64,000 bases of DNA from Azolla caroliniana. Taxonomy: Eukaryota > Plantae > Polypodiophyta. Location: NCBI GenBank assembly GCA_043228905.1, contig JBHGNT010000015.1:8122001-8186000 (forward strand), written 5' to 3'. Positions within the stretch are counted from its first letter, which is position 1; each line of letters opens with the position of its first letter. The position numbers were made by a program, and so were the translations under genes. Positions 35,952 through 49,200 of this stretch are shown in pieces. The notes below the pieces were generated by a model. That model saw only the letters and a list, made by a program, of their open reading frames with translations. It ran no database searches and had not been told where the DNA came from.

Positions 35952-36656
35952 GAAGAGGTCGTTGCCTCTGTGTATTGCCGCCGCCTGTGGCGAAGACAGT
36001 GAGCTCAAGGTTGTTGCTCTGTAGCTTCACCATTGTACATCTCTGTTTATAGTGATAGTTGGAGTTTTTGAGGACTCCCGTGGTTTTTCCCATTTAGGGT
36101 TTTCCACGTAAAACATCCTGTGTACTCTTCTCTCTATTGTCTTCGTGCATTTTGTATTTCCTGTTTTCTGTGAGTTGATCCTATTGCTTGGTGGTGGCCG
36201 AGCACTGTGTACGACATGCTCTGCCTTTGATCATATTCCACCATGCTTTCCACATCTCTTCGACCGAGCCCAATCTTTGCATGAATTCCTCTCACAACCA
36301 CAATGTGCACTCTCGATTGCAACATTCATTGGTAAAGTTCTTGAACATCGAGAGTCACTACTCACTTTCACACGTATCACATGAAATGTAATATTTTTGG
36401 TTTCATAGGTCATATTTGAGCTCCGAAGGAGATAATATAATCTATCTATCTATCTCCCCCTCTCTCACTCACTCTTTCCTTCTCTCGAGAGTTCTACACC
36501 TCCCTTAGTACTAATCCTCATCTTTTAGTACTAATTCCTTCTCTGTCTTAGTACTGTTCTTGACATTTTGAACCGATTTCGTCTCCTTCTCTTCTTTTAT
36601 CTTCTTACTTCTCCCACCCTTCATACTAATCTCTTATTCCTCTTTTCTCTCATACT

Positions 36657-39600
36657 ATGGCCATTGTTAGCGCTCAAGAATATCAATCCATTTTTTCAAA
36701 GTTGCAATGCTTGAAAGAGAAGTTTCTCGCATTGGAACAAGAAAATCAACGACTGTTGGGGGAGCTTCAACAAATCTCCTTAGAGAAGCAGTAGACACAA
36801 CAACAACATGGGGAACTAGCGTTACGCGTGCAACAGCTCGAAGCAACCATAATAGCAATGCAACAAAAAGGACCCAGTACGCAAGGGATTCATAAAGAAC
36901 CCAAGATCGGTCTTCCCATTAAATTCGATGGAACGCGATCGCAATTTAGAGGATTCCTTAATCAGGTACGATTAGTCATTCAAATGCATCCTTCCCGATA
37001 TCCCATTGATGCATCACGAGTGGGTTTAGTAGGCATGTTGTTAAGTGGCTCAGCTTTGGCATAGTTCACTCCGTTGTTAGAAAAGGAATCTCCTTTACCA
37101 AACAATTTTGAAGAGTTTTTAAGTGAGTTTAAAGCTTGTTTTGGAGATACTCACAGCATAAGGACAACAATCAACAAAATCCGACAATTACGTGAAGGTG
37201 ATCATCCAGCCTCCGCATACGCTGCAGATTTCCGCCTACTCGCCTCCTATATCCCCTGGGATGACCAAGCACTAATGGAGAAATTTCATTATGGTATATG
37301 TAACGATGTCAAGGATTTACTCTTGACCTTCCCCGAAGAACCAAAGTCATTCACAAAAGCAATCAGTCGCGCGGTGAGATGCGACAACCATCTTTCTGAA
37401 GGACGTTCGGAACGTCAGTTCCAGATGCCAAGGGCAAGATCAGAGCCCACCTAAGCCTCAGTGGTAGGAAAACCTTTTCCAAGGGAGTCATATAATGTGT
37501 CTCCAGTGAATACTCCAACTCCGATGGAAATTAACACTACATGTCGTCGCGGACCATTATCGGAAGAAGAAAAGCAGCGACACCGAGCAAATTGACTATG
37601 TCTTTATTGCGGTGGACTAGGGCACATTGCAGTGAATTGTCCCCATAGGCCAAGAAGACAGGTGAACCAAATAGTTGCTAGTTCTAATTGTACTAAACCC
37701 AAATCTATTTCAGTAGGAATATTTGATAGTCCTAATAGTACTAATAGCCCAAATTTATCGAACAAATTTGATGTCCTTAGTCACTTAGAAGAAGAGTTAA
37801 ACGACTAAGTCTAGCCAAAATAGGAGCCGTTTGGTTGGCCAGCCCTAGATCTGTGCACCCTAGTAGTGGTTTCATTCCCTCTAAGCAAGTTAGAAATGTG
37901 TTCTTAGCCCAAGCAATAGTTAGTACTAAGAGTACCTCTCTAGTACATGTCTTAGCACTCCTAGATTCCGGAGCTAATTCTTGCTTCATGGATGGGAATT
38001 TTGCCCAAGCTCATCAGGTATCCCTAAGAAAACTCCCGTGTCCAGCCTCTGTAGTAGTCATTGATGGTCGTCCCATTGCTTCCGGAAATATAATAGAAGA
38101 GTCAGAGCTTGTTAATATTGTCCTAAATAATTTAGCGTGTGTAGTATCCTTTAATATAATTAGTATCCCAGAACATCCCATTGTTTTGGGATTACCATGG
38201 TTCGAATTACATAACCTAGACATAGATTGGAGAACAAGGGAAATCAGGTATCCACAAACCCGAGGATCTACTCATAAGATTGCAACCATTTCGCTACATC
38301 AGTTGTGTGAGGAAGGACGCAAGGATGAAATGTTTCTCTTCGTAGTATCAGTAAAACCCTCCAACACCACTAAAGAAGAGTTCACCGTTCAAGTTCTAGA
38401 GAAGTATCGTCATTATGCCGATGTGTTCGATAAAGTACATTGAGCCAATACGCTTCCTCACCATAGATTGTATGATTGCCCCATCAATTTACAACTGGGA
38501 AAAGAGCCACCATGGGGACTGATCTGCAATTTGTCACCAACCGAGCTAGAAGTCCTTCGAGCCTATATAGAGGAGAATTTGGCAAATGGTTTCATTCGAC
38601 ATTTGAAATCTCCAGCCGGCGCACCCATTTTCTTTGTCAAGAAAAAGGATGGATCACTTTGTCTCATCGTAGATTACCGTGGCTTGAATAAGGTCATCAT
38701 CAGGAATAGGCATGCACTTCCCCTTATCTCAAGTCTTTTAGAACGGATCAATGGTGCAAGGTTCATCACAAAGATCGACTTACGAGGAGCATATAACCTC
38801 GTACAGATCCGACCAGGAGATGAATGGAAGACCGCGTTTCGCACCAGATATGGGCACTTCGAGTATACGGTCATGCCATTCGGCTTCACTAATGCACCAA
38901 TAGTCTTCCAGCACATGGCAAATGATATATTCCGAGATCTCTTGGATGTTTGTTTGATCATCTATTTGGATGATCTACTAGTTTATTCGAAGACCCAAGA
39001 TCTACTGTTTGGATGATCATCTATTTGGATGATCTACTGATTCTCATGTACTGTTAGTACTAAAACGACTTTGAGAACATGGTGTTTATGCAAAGCTAGA
39101 AAAATATAGTTTCGAGTGCAACCAGGTAGAATTTTTGGGCTATGTCATTTCCTTGGAAGGCATCTCCATGGATCCAGCTAAGGTCAAAACAGTGGTAGAG
39201 TGGCAGATTGCGTGTTCATTGCGAGATGTGCAATGCTTTTTAGGCTTTGCCAATTTCTACCGCAAGTTTATACAGGATTACTCAAAGTTTGTTCACCCTC
39301 TCACACAACTTACCAGGAAGGGACAATTGTTCGTTTGGCTTGATGAAGCAGACATGGCTTTTGAGAGTATTAAGAAGGCATTTACATCAACTCCTATTAT
39401 GGCTCATGTTGATCCAGAAAAACCATTCATCATCAAAGCAGACACGTCGGATTTCGCCTTGGGTAGCATTCTATCACAACAAGGTGATGATGAAAAGCTC
39501 CGTCCTGTGGTTTTCTACTCACACAAGTTTGACGTCGCCGAAATGAACTATGAAATTCATGATAAGGAGTTATTAGCAATAGTAGACTCTTTTACGCAAT

Positions 39601-42177
39601 GGAGGCATTTTCTAGAGGGATCTTCTCATCAAGTCACCGTATTCAGTGATCACAAAAACCTTGCCTACTTTCAGAATGCTCGTGTGTTAAATCGACGTCA
39701 AGCTCGGTGGGCCCAATTCCTCACTCGTTTTGACTTCAAAATTACATATCGTTCAGGGAAGCAAGAAGGGAAGGCAGATGCATTATCACGGCGCTCGTAT
39801 CTAGCACCACGTCCTGGCGAGCCAACTTTCGATAACCAAAAGCAAGTAATCCTGGGACCGGCACGCCTTTGGATTCCCACATTATCGATACCATACGGGA
39901 GGACTTGAAGATAAATGCTTTCGCCCAAGCCATTCTAACACAAATTGATCCCTCTCGAGCATCTTGTTCACAGTCGCAACAACCACATACGGACTATCGA
40001 CAATTCGAATGTCATGATGGATTACTATTCTTTAAGAAACTCCTACATATGTTCCTTATGGTTCTTGTATCCTTCGAGTACTCCAAAAATGTCATGACGC
40101 ATCTACAGCTGAGCATTTTGGTAGTACTAAAACATTAGATTTAGTACCACGATCATTCTAGTGGCCCCATATGCGACAATTTGTCGAAGATTTTGTTCGG
40201 ACTTGTGATACATGTTGCAGAGCGAAAATGCCAAGGCATCATCCATATGGTTTATTAGAACCATTACCAATTCCAAGCAAGCCGTGGCAATCCATTTCTC
40301 TAGATTTCATAACAGATCTTCTAGTCTCTAAGGGATTCGATGTGATCTTAACAATAGTAGATCAATATACGAAGATGGCCCATTTCCTGCCATGTACTAA
40401 GGAAATCTCCAATGAGGAAACCGCCAAAACTGTCATGCGTGAAGTATGTCGGCATCATGGCCTTCCCGATAGTATCATCAGCGACTGTGGACCCCAATTC
40501 GTCTCAAAATTCTGGAAGCGCCTATTTAAAATGCTCAAGGTCACTTGTAACCTCTCCTCCGGCTACCACCCACAAACAGTCGACCAAGCAAAATGAACAA
40601 ATCAAACGTTGGAGCAGTATCTTTGGTGCTTTCTAAGCTATCATCAAGATGACTGGGCGGATATTCTCCACTTCGCCAAAATTGCATATAATAACTCTGT
40701 CAACTCATCGACAAAGGTTACACTATTTTATGCTTATACGAGTTGTCACCCCCGGTGGTATGTATTTGAAACCCCAGAGTTACCCACAAATCCGTGCGTT
40801 GTCGTAGTGTACGAAATACACTACGTGAAAAACTTATAAAGTACCGATTTAATAAATATGAACAAATAGTAGAAAATATTAAAATATATATAACATGCAT
40901 AGGGCAAGATTCGAACCTCGCACCTCCACGTTAATAATGTAATGTCTTACCATTACACTAGCATTTCATTAGTGTTCAAAAGTAGATGTCCTACATAGAA
41001 AGGTTAGTTCACCTAGGATAAACTTTAGTTAAAAGAAAAACGCATGCACATCTAGCGTGCATGAACGCTATAGTTGATAATAATAATAATAATAATAATA
41101 ATAACGCACAAGTTAGAAAAAGCATGATCAATTTAGATAAAGCATATAGTCTATCTATAGGAAAAGCATGGAGTCTATAATTAGAAAAGAAAAAGCATGG
41201 ATTGCTAAGACTCTCTCATCTCTATATAAGGATGAGGAGCACAATGTAAGTGTGTGAAATATTTGGGAAATTGGATATATTTCCTAAAACACCAATAATA
41301 AAATAGAATCGTGGGATTCACGAAGTTTTATATAATCTATCTCTTTCAATCTAAATTCATATTCTTACATAAATATTGATTAAAGTAATACTTGTGGGAT
41401 TCACAAGGTTTGATCTCTTTTCTCAATCTACTCTAATCTATTCTAAACTATTTCAATTTATTACTACGATTAAGATAAACTAAAACAATTATACTTGTGG
41501 GATTCACAAGTTTCTATATCTCTTTCTTATAATCTATTCATATTCATAACTAGATTAGCCTCAAATTCTTCCTCCTCCTAGTCCAAAACCCCGGCGGTTC
41601 CCACCTGACTCACGCAACGATTCGGCGCCGAGAGGCACGACAGCGCAGAGGATCATTTGGAGCGGTTACGCAAGATACAAGCGTATTTATCTACTCATCT
41701 ACAACAAGCTCAACAAACACACAAGGTTTACGCGGATCGTCATCGGCTTCCATCTGGTTTTAACATTGGACATCGGGTATGGCTACTACGACGACACATC
41801 AATGATGTCGCTTTTCATCTCGATCTACCCCACAACTCCGGATACATCCGGTGTTTCATAGTTCTCTCCTCGAACCCTATCAAGACAACACCATCCTAGG
41901 TCGTATTAAACAACCTCCACCCCCGATCGAACTTGAAGATGGACCTGAGTACGACGTTGCTGCCATCCTCGATTCTAAGATTGTTCGCAACAAGCTCTAC
42001 AATCTAGTTGATTGGCTAGGATATATTGCCAGCGAGCGTACTTGGGAACCAATAGAGAATGTGACCAATGCTTGTGATCTTCTTGAAGATTTCTATCGTC
42101 AATATCCAGACAAACCGGGTCCTCAATCCAAAACGACTTGTGACACTTGTCGTTTTAAAGGAGGGATAGTGTCATGA
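36657..42177 (+). pseudogene. Decayed gag-pol of H with chromodomain
   Basis: LPIKFDGTR, LLDSGANS, YLDD, DTSDFALG, ISLDFITDL and EYDVAAILDS..VDWLGY..RTWEP motifs. Confidence 0.9.
40800..41642 (+). mobile_element. Solo LTR related to the 18824-26892 family, 4-bp TSD GCG(T/C)
   Basis: Both termini (TGTCGTAGTG...GGCACGACA) match those LTRs; flanks GCGT and GCGC; H integrase continues across it. Confidence 0.9.
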
Positions 42178-42588
42178 TATTATGTTACATGGCTCTTGAC
42201 CATTAGACTATATGTTGTAATACAAAAGATATTATTTTCATTTAAGCTTTATTATAGAAAATAGATGTATATTCCAGATTCTCTGGAACATTCTAGAAAC
42301 TTCAGGAGTACTCTTGAGAACACTATGAAAGGAGGCACAAGGCATTATGTCGAACCAAATCAGTTCAACGCCAGTCTTAAGCCTCCTAACTATTATTGTA
42401 TATTCTCTTAACATAATATATATTTTTTGTTATCATCATTCTCTCTCTCACTCACTCACTCTTTCCTTCTCTCGAGAGTTCTACACCTCCCTTAGTACTA
42501 ATCCTCATCTTTTAGTACTAATTCCTTCTCTATCTTAGTACTATTCCTAATAGTACTTCTCTGTCTTAGTATTGTTCCTGACACCACG

Positions 42589-43975
42589 CTGAAGACAAAG
42601 GAGTAGGTATTGTCCGTCTTCAAGGAGCTTTATGCGAGAGTGGACAGAGAAACCAGTCGGAAGCTGAAAGCTGTCCGAGCTGACAATGAAGGCGAGTACC
42701 GAGGACAATTCGAGGAGTATCATCTGTCGAAGAGAATTCAACTTGAATATACCATGCCGAAGACACTAGAGTTGAACGGGTTGGCCGAGAGGATGAAACA
42801 GACCATTATGGAGAGGGTCTGAAGTATACTAGCACATGCTAAGTTCTCCAAGACATTTTGGGCTGAGGTGCTGATGTCATCAGTGTACGTGATTAACAGA
42901 TTCCAATCAACACCCTTGGATGGAGAGGTTCCACAAAAGGTGTGGACTAGCAAAGACGTGTCGTACCGACACCTGAAGGTGTTCGACTGTCTTGCCTATG
43001 TGCATGTGGCTAAGCATCAAAGGAGAAAATTAGATCCGAAATCTCGGCCATGCATATTTCTCAACTATGGAGATGACGAATTTGGCTACTGAATCTAGGA
43101 CTTAGTCGACAAAAAGGTCGTTCGGAGCCGAGAGATAGTCTTCATGGAGGAGAAGTCTATTGTCGACTAGGACTCAAAGAAGAACACACCTAACCAAATA
43201 GTCGGAAGCTGGCAGCTGACTGAAGAATATGGAGAGTCAACTAAATTCGAGTCGATAGTCGAAGTCGAACCAAGAGTCAAGTCGACTGTCGAACAGGGAA
43301 CAAGGCAATCGGCCGAACACAGAGCCAATTCCGACTTGGATGAAGAACTAACTATAGAAATCGAAGAGGAGCCGACTGTGTCGGCCAAGGAGAGAAGATA
43401 TCCTCTTCGAGAGAGAAAGGCCCCAGGAGATTTCTGGATGAAGAGCATGTATTGCTGACCGATGAGGGGGAGCCGAAGGGCTTCGAGGAAGCAAAGAGGG
43501 GCACCCACAACTGCAAGTGGGTAAGTGTCATGCAAGACAAGATGTATTCCATGCATGAGAACCACACATACGAATTGACAGAGCTACAGAAGGGAAAGAG
43601 GGCGCTCCAAAACAAGTGGGTATACAAGTTGAAACCGGGAGCTTCGGTCACTTTTCGCTGAGATGACCGAAAATAAAGGAGTGGAATTCAACGATATGAC
43701 ATCCATCCGGATAGTGTTGAGCTTAATAGCAACCATGGACCTCGAGGTTGAGCAATTAGATGTCAAGATTGCACTCTTGCACGATGACCTCGAGGAGGAA
43801 ATCTACATGCAGCAGCTGGAAGGATTCATCAAGAGAAAGGGACGGAAAACCTAGTGTGCCAGTTGAAGAAGAGCTTATACGGATTGAAGCAAACTCCCCG
43901 GCAATGGTACCGGAAGTTCGACTCCTTCATGACCGACCAATGGTACCACAAGACGCAGGCCGACCATTGTGCATG
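42589..43975 (+). mobile_element. Degenerate copia 'I', right piece (INT-RT)
   Basis: RADNEGEY, HLKVFDCLAY, NKWVYKLK and QLDVK motifs; F-like family. Confidence 0.88.
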
Positions 43976-45315
43976 CCCTAAGTATGTTCGCACTAGGAGT
44001 ACAATGTGGGCAGAGTGAGACTTTTATTGCAACTTCTAAACCCCTCTAGACATATGAGATGAGATTTGAGATTTGGTATCTATGGTAACACACTGGTGTT
44101 TTCAACCCCATGGGGGAAAACATAACTAAGATGTGTTTTCCAAACATTTATCTTGAATACATAACGTTTCCCTAATGTTTGACCCAAGTTGATTTTCTTA
44201 ACTGGCATGTTTTAATGCCAAACCCAACATGTATTGGTATGGTCAAATGAGTAATGCATTAGGCACAAAAAAGAGAGCTTGCAAGTAGTATCATAGTTTA
44301 GTGGGTGTGGCATTGATTAGTGAGATTATTGTGTTAAGTATTGTTCTTGATCCCCGTTCTCCTGGATTATATCCATTGAGTAGAGGGAGGTCAATTCTGA
44401 GCATCGTTTAAGGTTTCTTTGAATCGTGAAACCAAGGTTTCCTCAAACCAAGGCTTCTTCAAACTAAGTTTTCCTGGAACCAGGGTTTTCAGAGGTCATG
44501 ATTCCTCAAATAACAATTTTGTTGAGAATCAAGCTCAACCTAGTGCAACGGGTGAACACACCCTTTGAGAATCTATGATCACTCAAAGGTCAAGAGTCAC
44601 ACCACTACTGTTATGGGCATGACCATATAATATCCCGTGGTGAGAATTTACCATAGTATTCTATACACGTGGATAAGTGTGAGGGTTAAACGAGAGTGTA
44701 AAGAAGGGGAGGATTACTTTTAATCCTCGGGATTGAGACAACCCATTAGGCCAAGTGTGAGCTTGCCTGGGAGCCTTGGGTATCGCTATAAATAAGAGGC
44801 CTAGCTATCCTCATTTCATCATCTTTTGACTACGTCGAGACTCTGTTCTTGTAGTGGGTCAACTCTTGTAGTGAGCGCGCCAGCACTAGGTATGTCTCGA
44901 TGCCACAGTGGTGGTATGGGACGCCGATCAAGGCTCGAGTCTGTCTCGATCCCTTCTCGTGGGGGTGGTCGGGTGGATCGGCACCCTTCTTTCTCTCTCT
45001 CCTTTCTATCTATCTATCTATCTATCTTTTATCCTTATCCTTTGCTTACATTAGTTCATATCTCTAATAGTTGGTATCTGAGCTCATGTTCTAATGTTTC
45101 TTTTGTTGTCTTTGGTGTTCTTGATTGATGGTGATCGATCGATGTGCGGTCGGCCTTGATCCAGACAACGATCAACAAAGAACTTCGGTAACTCTTTCCT
45201 TCTTCTTTTTCTATTTTTTCTTCTCCCATCTAATCATGTATATAGTCTATATGTAATTGTTTTCATTAATTCAATGATGTTACAGTGGTAATTAATTGGT
45301 TGTATAAAACGTTTA

Positions 45316-45575
45316 CATATGTGTATGAGGTCAATACCTCATTTGACATATATGGAATATGTGATTAATATCGTATGCACACGAGGTTAATACCTCAATT
45401 GCGTATTACGCTCACATACATATGTTACGTATGCGTATGAGGTCAATACCTCGATTTCGTTGTAAATGATATGCATTTGGTCTCGTATGCGTAAGAGGTC
45501 AATACCTCAATTGCATATCACGATGAACCCTTATTTTTGGATGTTTCATGTGCGTAGAGGGTATATGCCTCGATT
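45316..45575 (+). repeat. Array of palindromic GAGGTCAATACCTC repeats with 56-bp period in the K 5' UTR
   Basis: Cores at 45327, 45383, 45439 and 45495, plus a degenerate copy at 45557. Confidence 0.85.
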
Positions 45576-46227
45576 ACGTATCTCGATTACATCATTTCTG
45601 GCTATTTGATGTAACGATTTGTTTAATGTACGCATATGTGGTCATGTGTATACGTATTTGATCGTATATATGTGATAAGAAAATATATGTGTATATTTGA
45701 TATTACGTGATTTCTATCGAATGTTGTCCTTGTCGGGAAAAGGATCTTGGTGGCCGTCCTCACATTTTTGTGAGAATGGCATTTTCACCATCCCTTTTTC
45801 AACAATTTTTTGTTGACATCCCCGTTGGTCACTTCGATATTTCGTTACGTAATGAAACAATCTTAGCCACAATGGTGTTGAGAACTTAGGGCTTGACCTA
45901 CTTGATGTGAGGTCGCTCTTATGACACACATATCCAACATCCCTCCCTCATTACATGGATATGATGCCACCATGAGATCATTCTTACAAAAGGCATTCGT
46001 AATGACGTAACCATGTGATGGTCCATGTGGGCCTACTATGAAAAGAGGGTTCATTAGGCTTGACCATTAGGTTGCACTTTGGCATATGCCATTGTAATTA
46101 CAAAACTTGAGGTTAGGTAACATACCAACAAAGTTTGTGGTAAACGAGGGGGAAATAAGGACTCTTGACATAGTTTATTGTTAACATTTTTTTCGTGTAT
46201 AAACTATTCATGACGCGAACATACATG

Positions 46228-49200
46228 TGTGAAAGTGTTTTTAGAATTCAAGGTATTGAAGTCTACAAGAATATAAGGTATGGTGCATTCACATCCGGAG
46301 GGCAAGATCACGAGCCAAGGTTTTGAGGATAAGTCAATTTAAAAGCAAGACACATGGAGAAAAGTAAAAGAAGAAAAAAGCAAGCCACCAAAACACAGTC
46401 TGAAACGAACGCTCATAACTCATTCATTTGGAAGCCAAATATAATGTGCAAATATGGGTTGGAAATCTTGTGAAGAGAGCTATCTATAGCTTTTTAAATC
46501 TCTAAATTTAGACCTTCGACGAGGGAGATATGACGATTTGAAGATCGTTGTGTCATAGATAAGAATAGGACTTTATATAAAGGAAGCGAGGGAAGCTTAT
46601 CCAGTGGAAGAGAACTTTATATAAAGGAAGAAGAGTAAGGTGGTGGGAACAAGTCTACTTCTTGTGGTGTTTTTTCTTGCCTATTCATGTAGTGTTGTTG
46701 TGATGTTATCCATATATCTTTGTAGACTTGGATTTATGTATCTTCTTTCTCTCTTCCTTCCATCATGATTATTCATTAGCAATAGATCTTTGTAGTTTTT
46801 GGTTTTGGGTCTGTATATCTTCCTTATCTCTCCTTTCTATCATCTCTACCTCATCATTTTGGCGCTCCAGGGAGGGTCGATCCTTTCCATATAATGGGAG
46901 GAACGGTCGTCCACTCATTGATGGTTGGATCTACCGATTCATTATCAAACTGATGGCAAGATATGGAGTTCGCGATGCGATAGATCTATGAAGAGAACGT
47001 TTCCAATTACGTATGGTTTCATCAATGTGCTACCTCGAGTATGAGAAGACGTTTTTGGATATATGGTCCACTTGGATTCGACTTGTTGGAGGCGTTGAAG
47101 ATGTATACTTCCAGATGCAAAGATTCAAAGCAGGGATAGATCCATATTTTCAATATGAAGTGCATATGAAGTACCCAAGGTCTTTCCATGCTTTGCTTCG
47201 AGTATGTCAAAGTTATGATCAACAATTGAAGAAGTTGTTATTCGGTGAAGCATATGGAGTATCGACGTCATATACCATAAATCCAAGCTATAATAATTGT
47301 GGATCGGTCATGAGCCAACAACCAACATACTTGCAATGTCTGATTCAACAGGTTCCCTCATATCATTATTTTAATTTTTGGAGTTATAATGATGTCTATG
47401 AAGATGATTTCAGAGACAAAGAAGAAGAGGTGATGAATGTGGAGTTCCCCCATATAGTTCATGAGGACAAGCATGATATAAAGAATGATGATGTGAAAGA
47501 CGAATCCAAGGAGATTGTTATGAGAAGAGATGTTATGGATGGTGATGCCAATGTACATCATGTTGAGGACATTATTGATACAACAAGCGATATGGTGGTT
47601 GATGATGAATATGTGCAAGATGAAATGGAAGATATGACAGAAAAAGTTGTTGATGGTGATGTACCCACAACTGAGTTGCAAGATGAAGAAGGTAACCTCG
47701 AAGTGATAGCTGGAGATTGGCTTTTGGAGATCAATGCGTGTAAGGAAGCATTGGTAAGTGCCAAGTTGCAGTGTATGAAGGTGTTCGTGCAAGATTTGTG
47801 TTTTGGATTTGCATTGAGTAGCAACAAAGTTATGTGGGCATCAACTCTTCAACAACAATTTGATCAAGAGCCAACAGAATTACTTATAATGCATGATTGG
47901 AGTATCATGAACTTATCACCATCAAAGGACCCACCACAACTAATCAAATGTATAAAGGAGAAGGAATCATCTATCGACAATGGCAAGCAAGAAGAGGAAA
48001 GCATAACAATTGATGAATCTTCGTGGGATAGGGAAAACAAATCATTCCACATGGTTTCTAAGGAGGAAGAAGAAGTCATTGAAGAGAAAAGTATTATCAC
48101 CCTAAAGGGGAAAAAGAAGATGATTTCAAATGATGTCCAAGGAGAAGAGGATCTAAGGTTTATTTCTCTTGTTTTTAAGTTTCCAAAGTTATTCATAAAT
48201 GACTATTCACAGATAAGAGTAGAAGGCATCAAGCACCACATCAAGTTGGAGGATTTGAAGTTTGTCTCACCTATTGTTGTGGTTCCAAAGGAGAAAGACA
48301 TCAACTTCCAACACTTGAATGATTCAACCAAACGAGATCTATTTTTGCTTCCTTTTCGAGATGAGATTATAGATGAAATGGTCAAACATACAAAACAAGG
48401 TAGTGTGGAGAATGTCATATGCCAAGAAGGAATTCACGTGGAATCAAAGATCAAAGTAATTCAAAAGGTGACAACTCCGACAAGTCTCGAAGCTTTGAAG
48501 GTATTTGTACAAAAGGTTTGCTCGCTCAAAAGGTTTATTCATATGTTGACATGCTTACTTCTATCAAGAGTTATGTATCGCATGGACCTACTTGTGTTTG
48601 GAAAGTTGATGAAGATATACTAATTGTTGTAACCTCTTTCTTTGTGTTGACAAGGAGAAAGATGGTGATGGCAATTGTCAATGTGTGTGTGTGTCTAGGA
48701 GTGTGAGGTTTTTCCTACTGATTAGCAGGGGTTTTACTCACATAATTTGTTTCTTTTTTATTTATTCTCTCCTTCTTTGTCTATAGCCATGTATAAGGCG
48801 AAGGAGAATTTTTGGTTTTACTAGTAGCTTAGGGTTCACCATAAATGGTTCACCAAGAAGCAAGGGGGAGGGCTAAATATGAAAGTGTTTTTAGAATTCA
48901 AGGTATTGAAGTCTACAAGAATATAAGGTATGATGCGTTCACATCCAGAGGGCAAGATCATGAGCCAAGGTTTTGAGGATAAGTCAATTTAAAAGCAAGA
49001 CACATGGAGAAAAGTAAAAGAAGAAAAAAGCAAGCCACCAAAACACAGTCTGAAACGAACGCTCATAACTCATTCATTTGGAACCCAAATATAATGTGCA
49101 AATATGGGTTGGAAAGCTTGTGAAGAGAGTTATCTATAGTTTTTTAAATCTCTTAATTTAGACTTCGACGAGGGAGATATGATGATTTGAAGATCGTTGT

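Larger units (their letters stand above)
30679..36216 (+). mobile_element. Intact Ty1/copia element 'F', LTRs 30679-31375 and 35491-36216, TSD TGCTC
   Basis: Near-identical LTRs; TGCTC at 30674-30678 and 36217-36221; PBS TGGAATCAGAGC at 31379-31390 (iMet, 1 mismatch); PPT at 35479-35488. Confidence 0.97.
30110..36456 (+). mobile_element. LINE (non-LTR) 3' fragment, interrupted by copia F, ending in an (ATCT)n tail
   Basis: LLETGSLPIE...SSHALRCETGRW...CTLC...ESEYHTLIQC|SAFDHI, a C-terminal Cys/His finger rejoined across the TSD; tail at about 36440-36456. Confidence 0.8.
18416..42583 (+). mobile_element. Tcn1-like chromoviral Gypsy 'H': split 5' LTR (18416-18630 plus 36457-36565), 3' LTR 42170-42583, TSD CCAC(A/G)
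   Basis: Both 5' LTR pieces match the 3' LTR; flanks CCACA and CCACG rejoin the copia-I integrase (KLWVST-LKTK); PPT at 42157-42169. Confidence 0.88.

Noticed and set aside
38996-39042. Duplicated YLDD-region sequence in H (and a similar copied patch at about 46570 in the L LTR)
   Set aside because: Looks like ordinary templated filler from double-strand-break repair.
43976-44608. Possible independent non-coding element
   Set aside because: Only a short inverted similarity to the K 5' UTR (44041-44071 versus about 49610-49640); boundaries cannot be defined.
45316-45575. CRISPR array
   Set aside because: Eukaryotic retrotransposon context, a 14-bp core, partly homologous spacer edges and no cas genes; kept only as a palindrome array.
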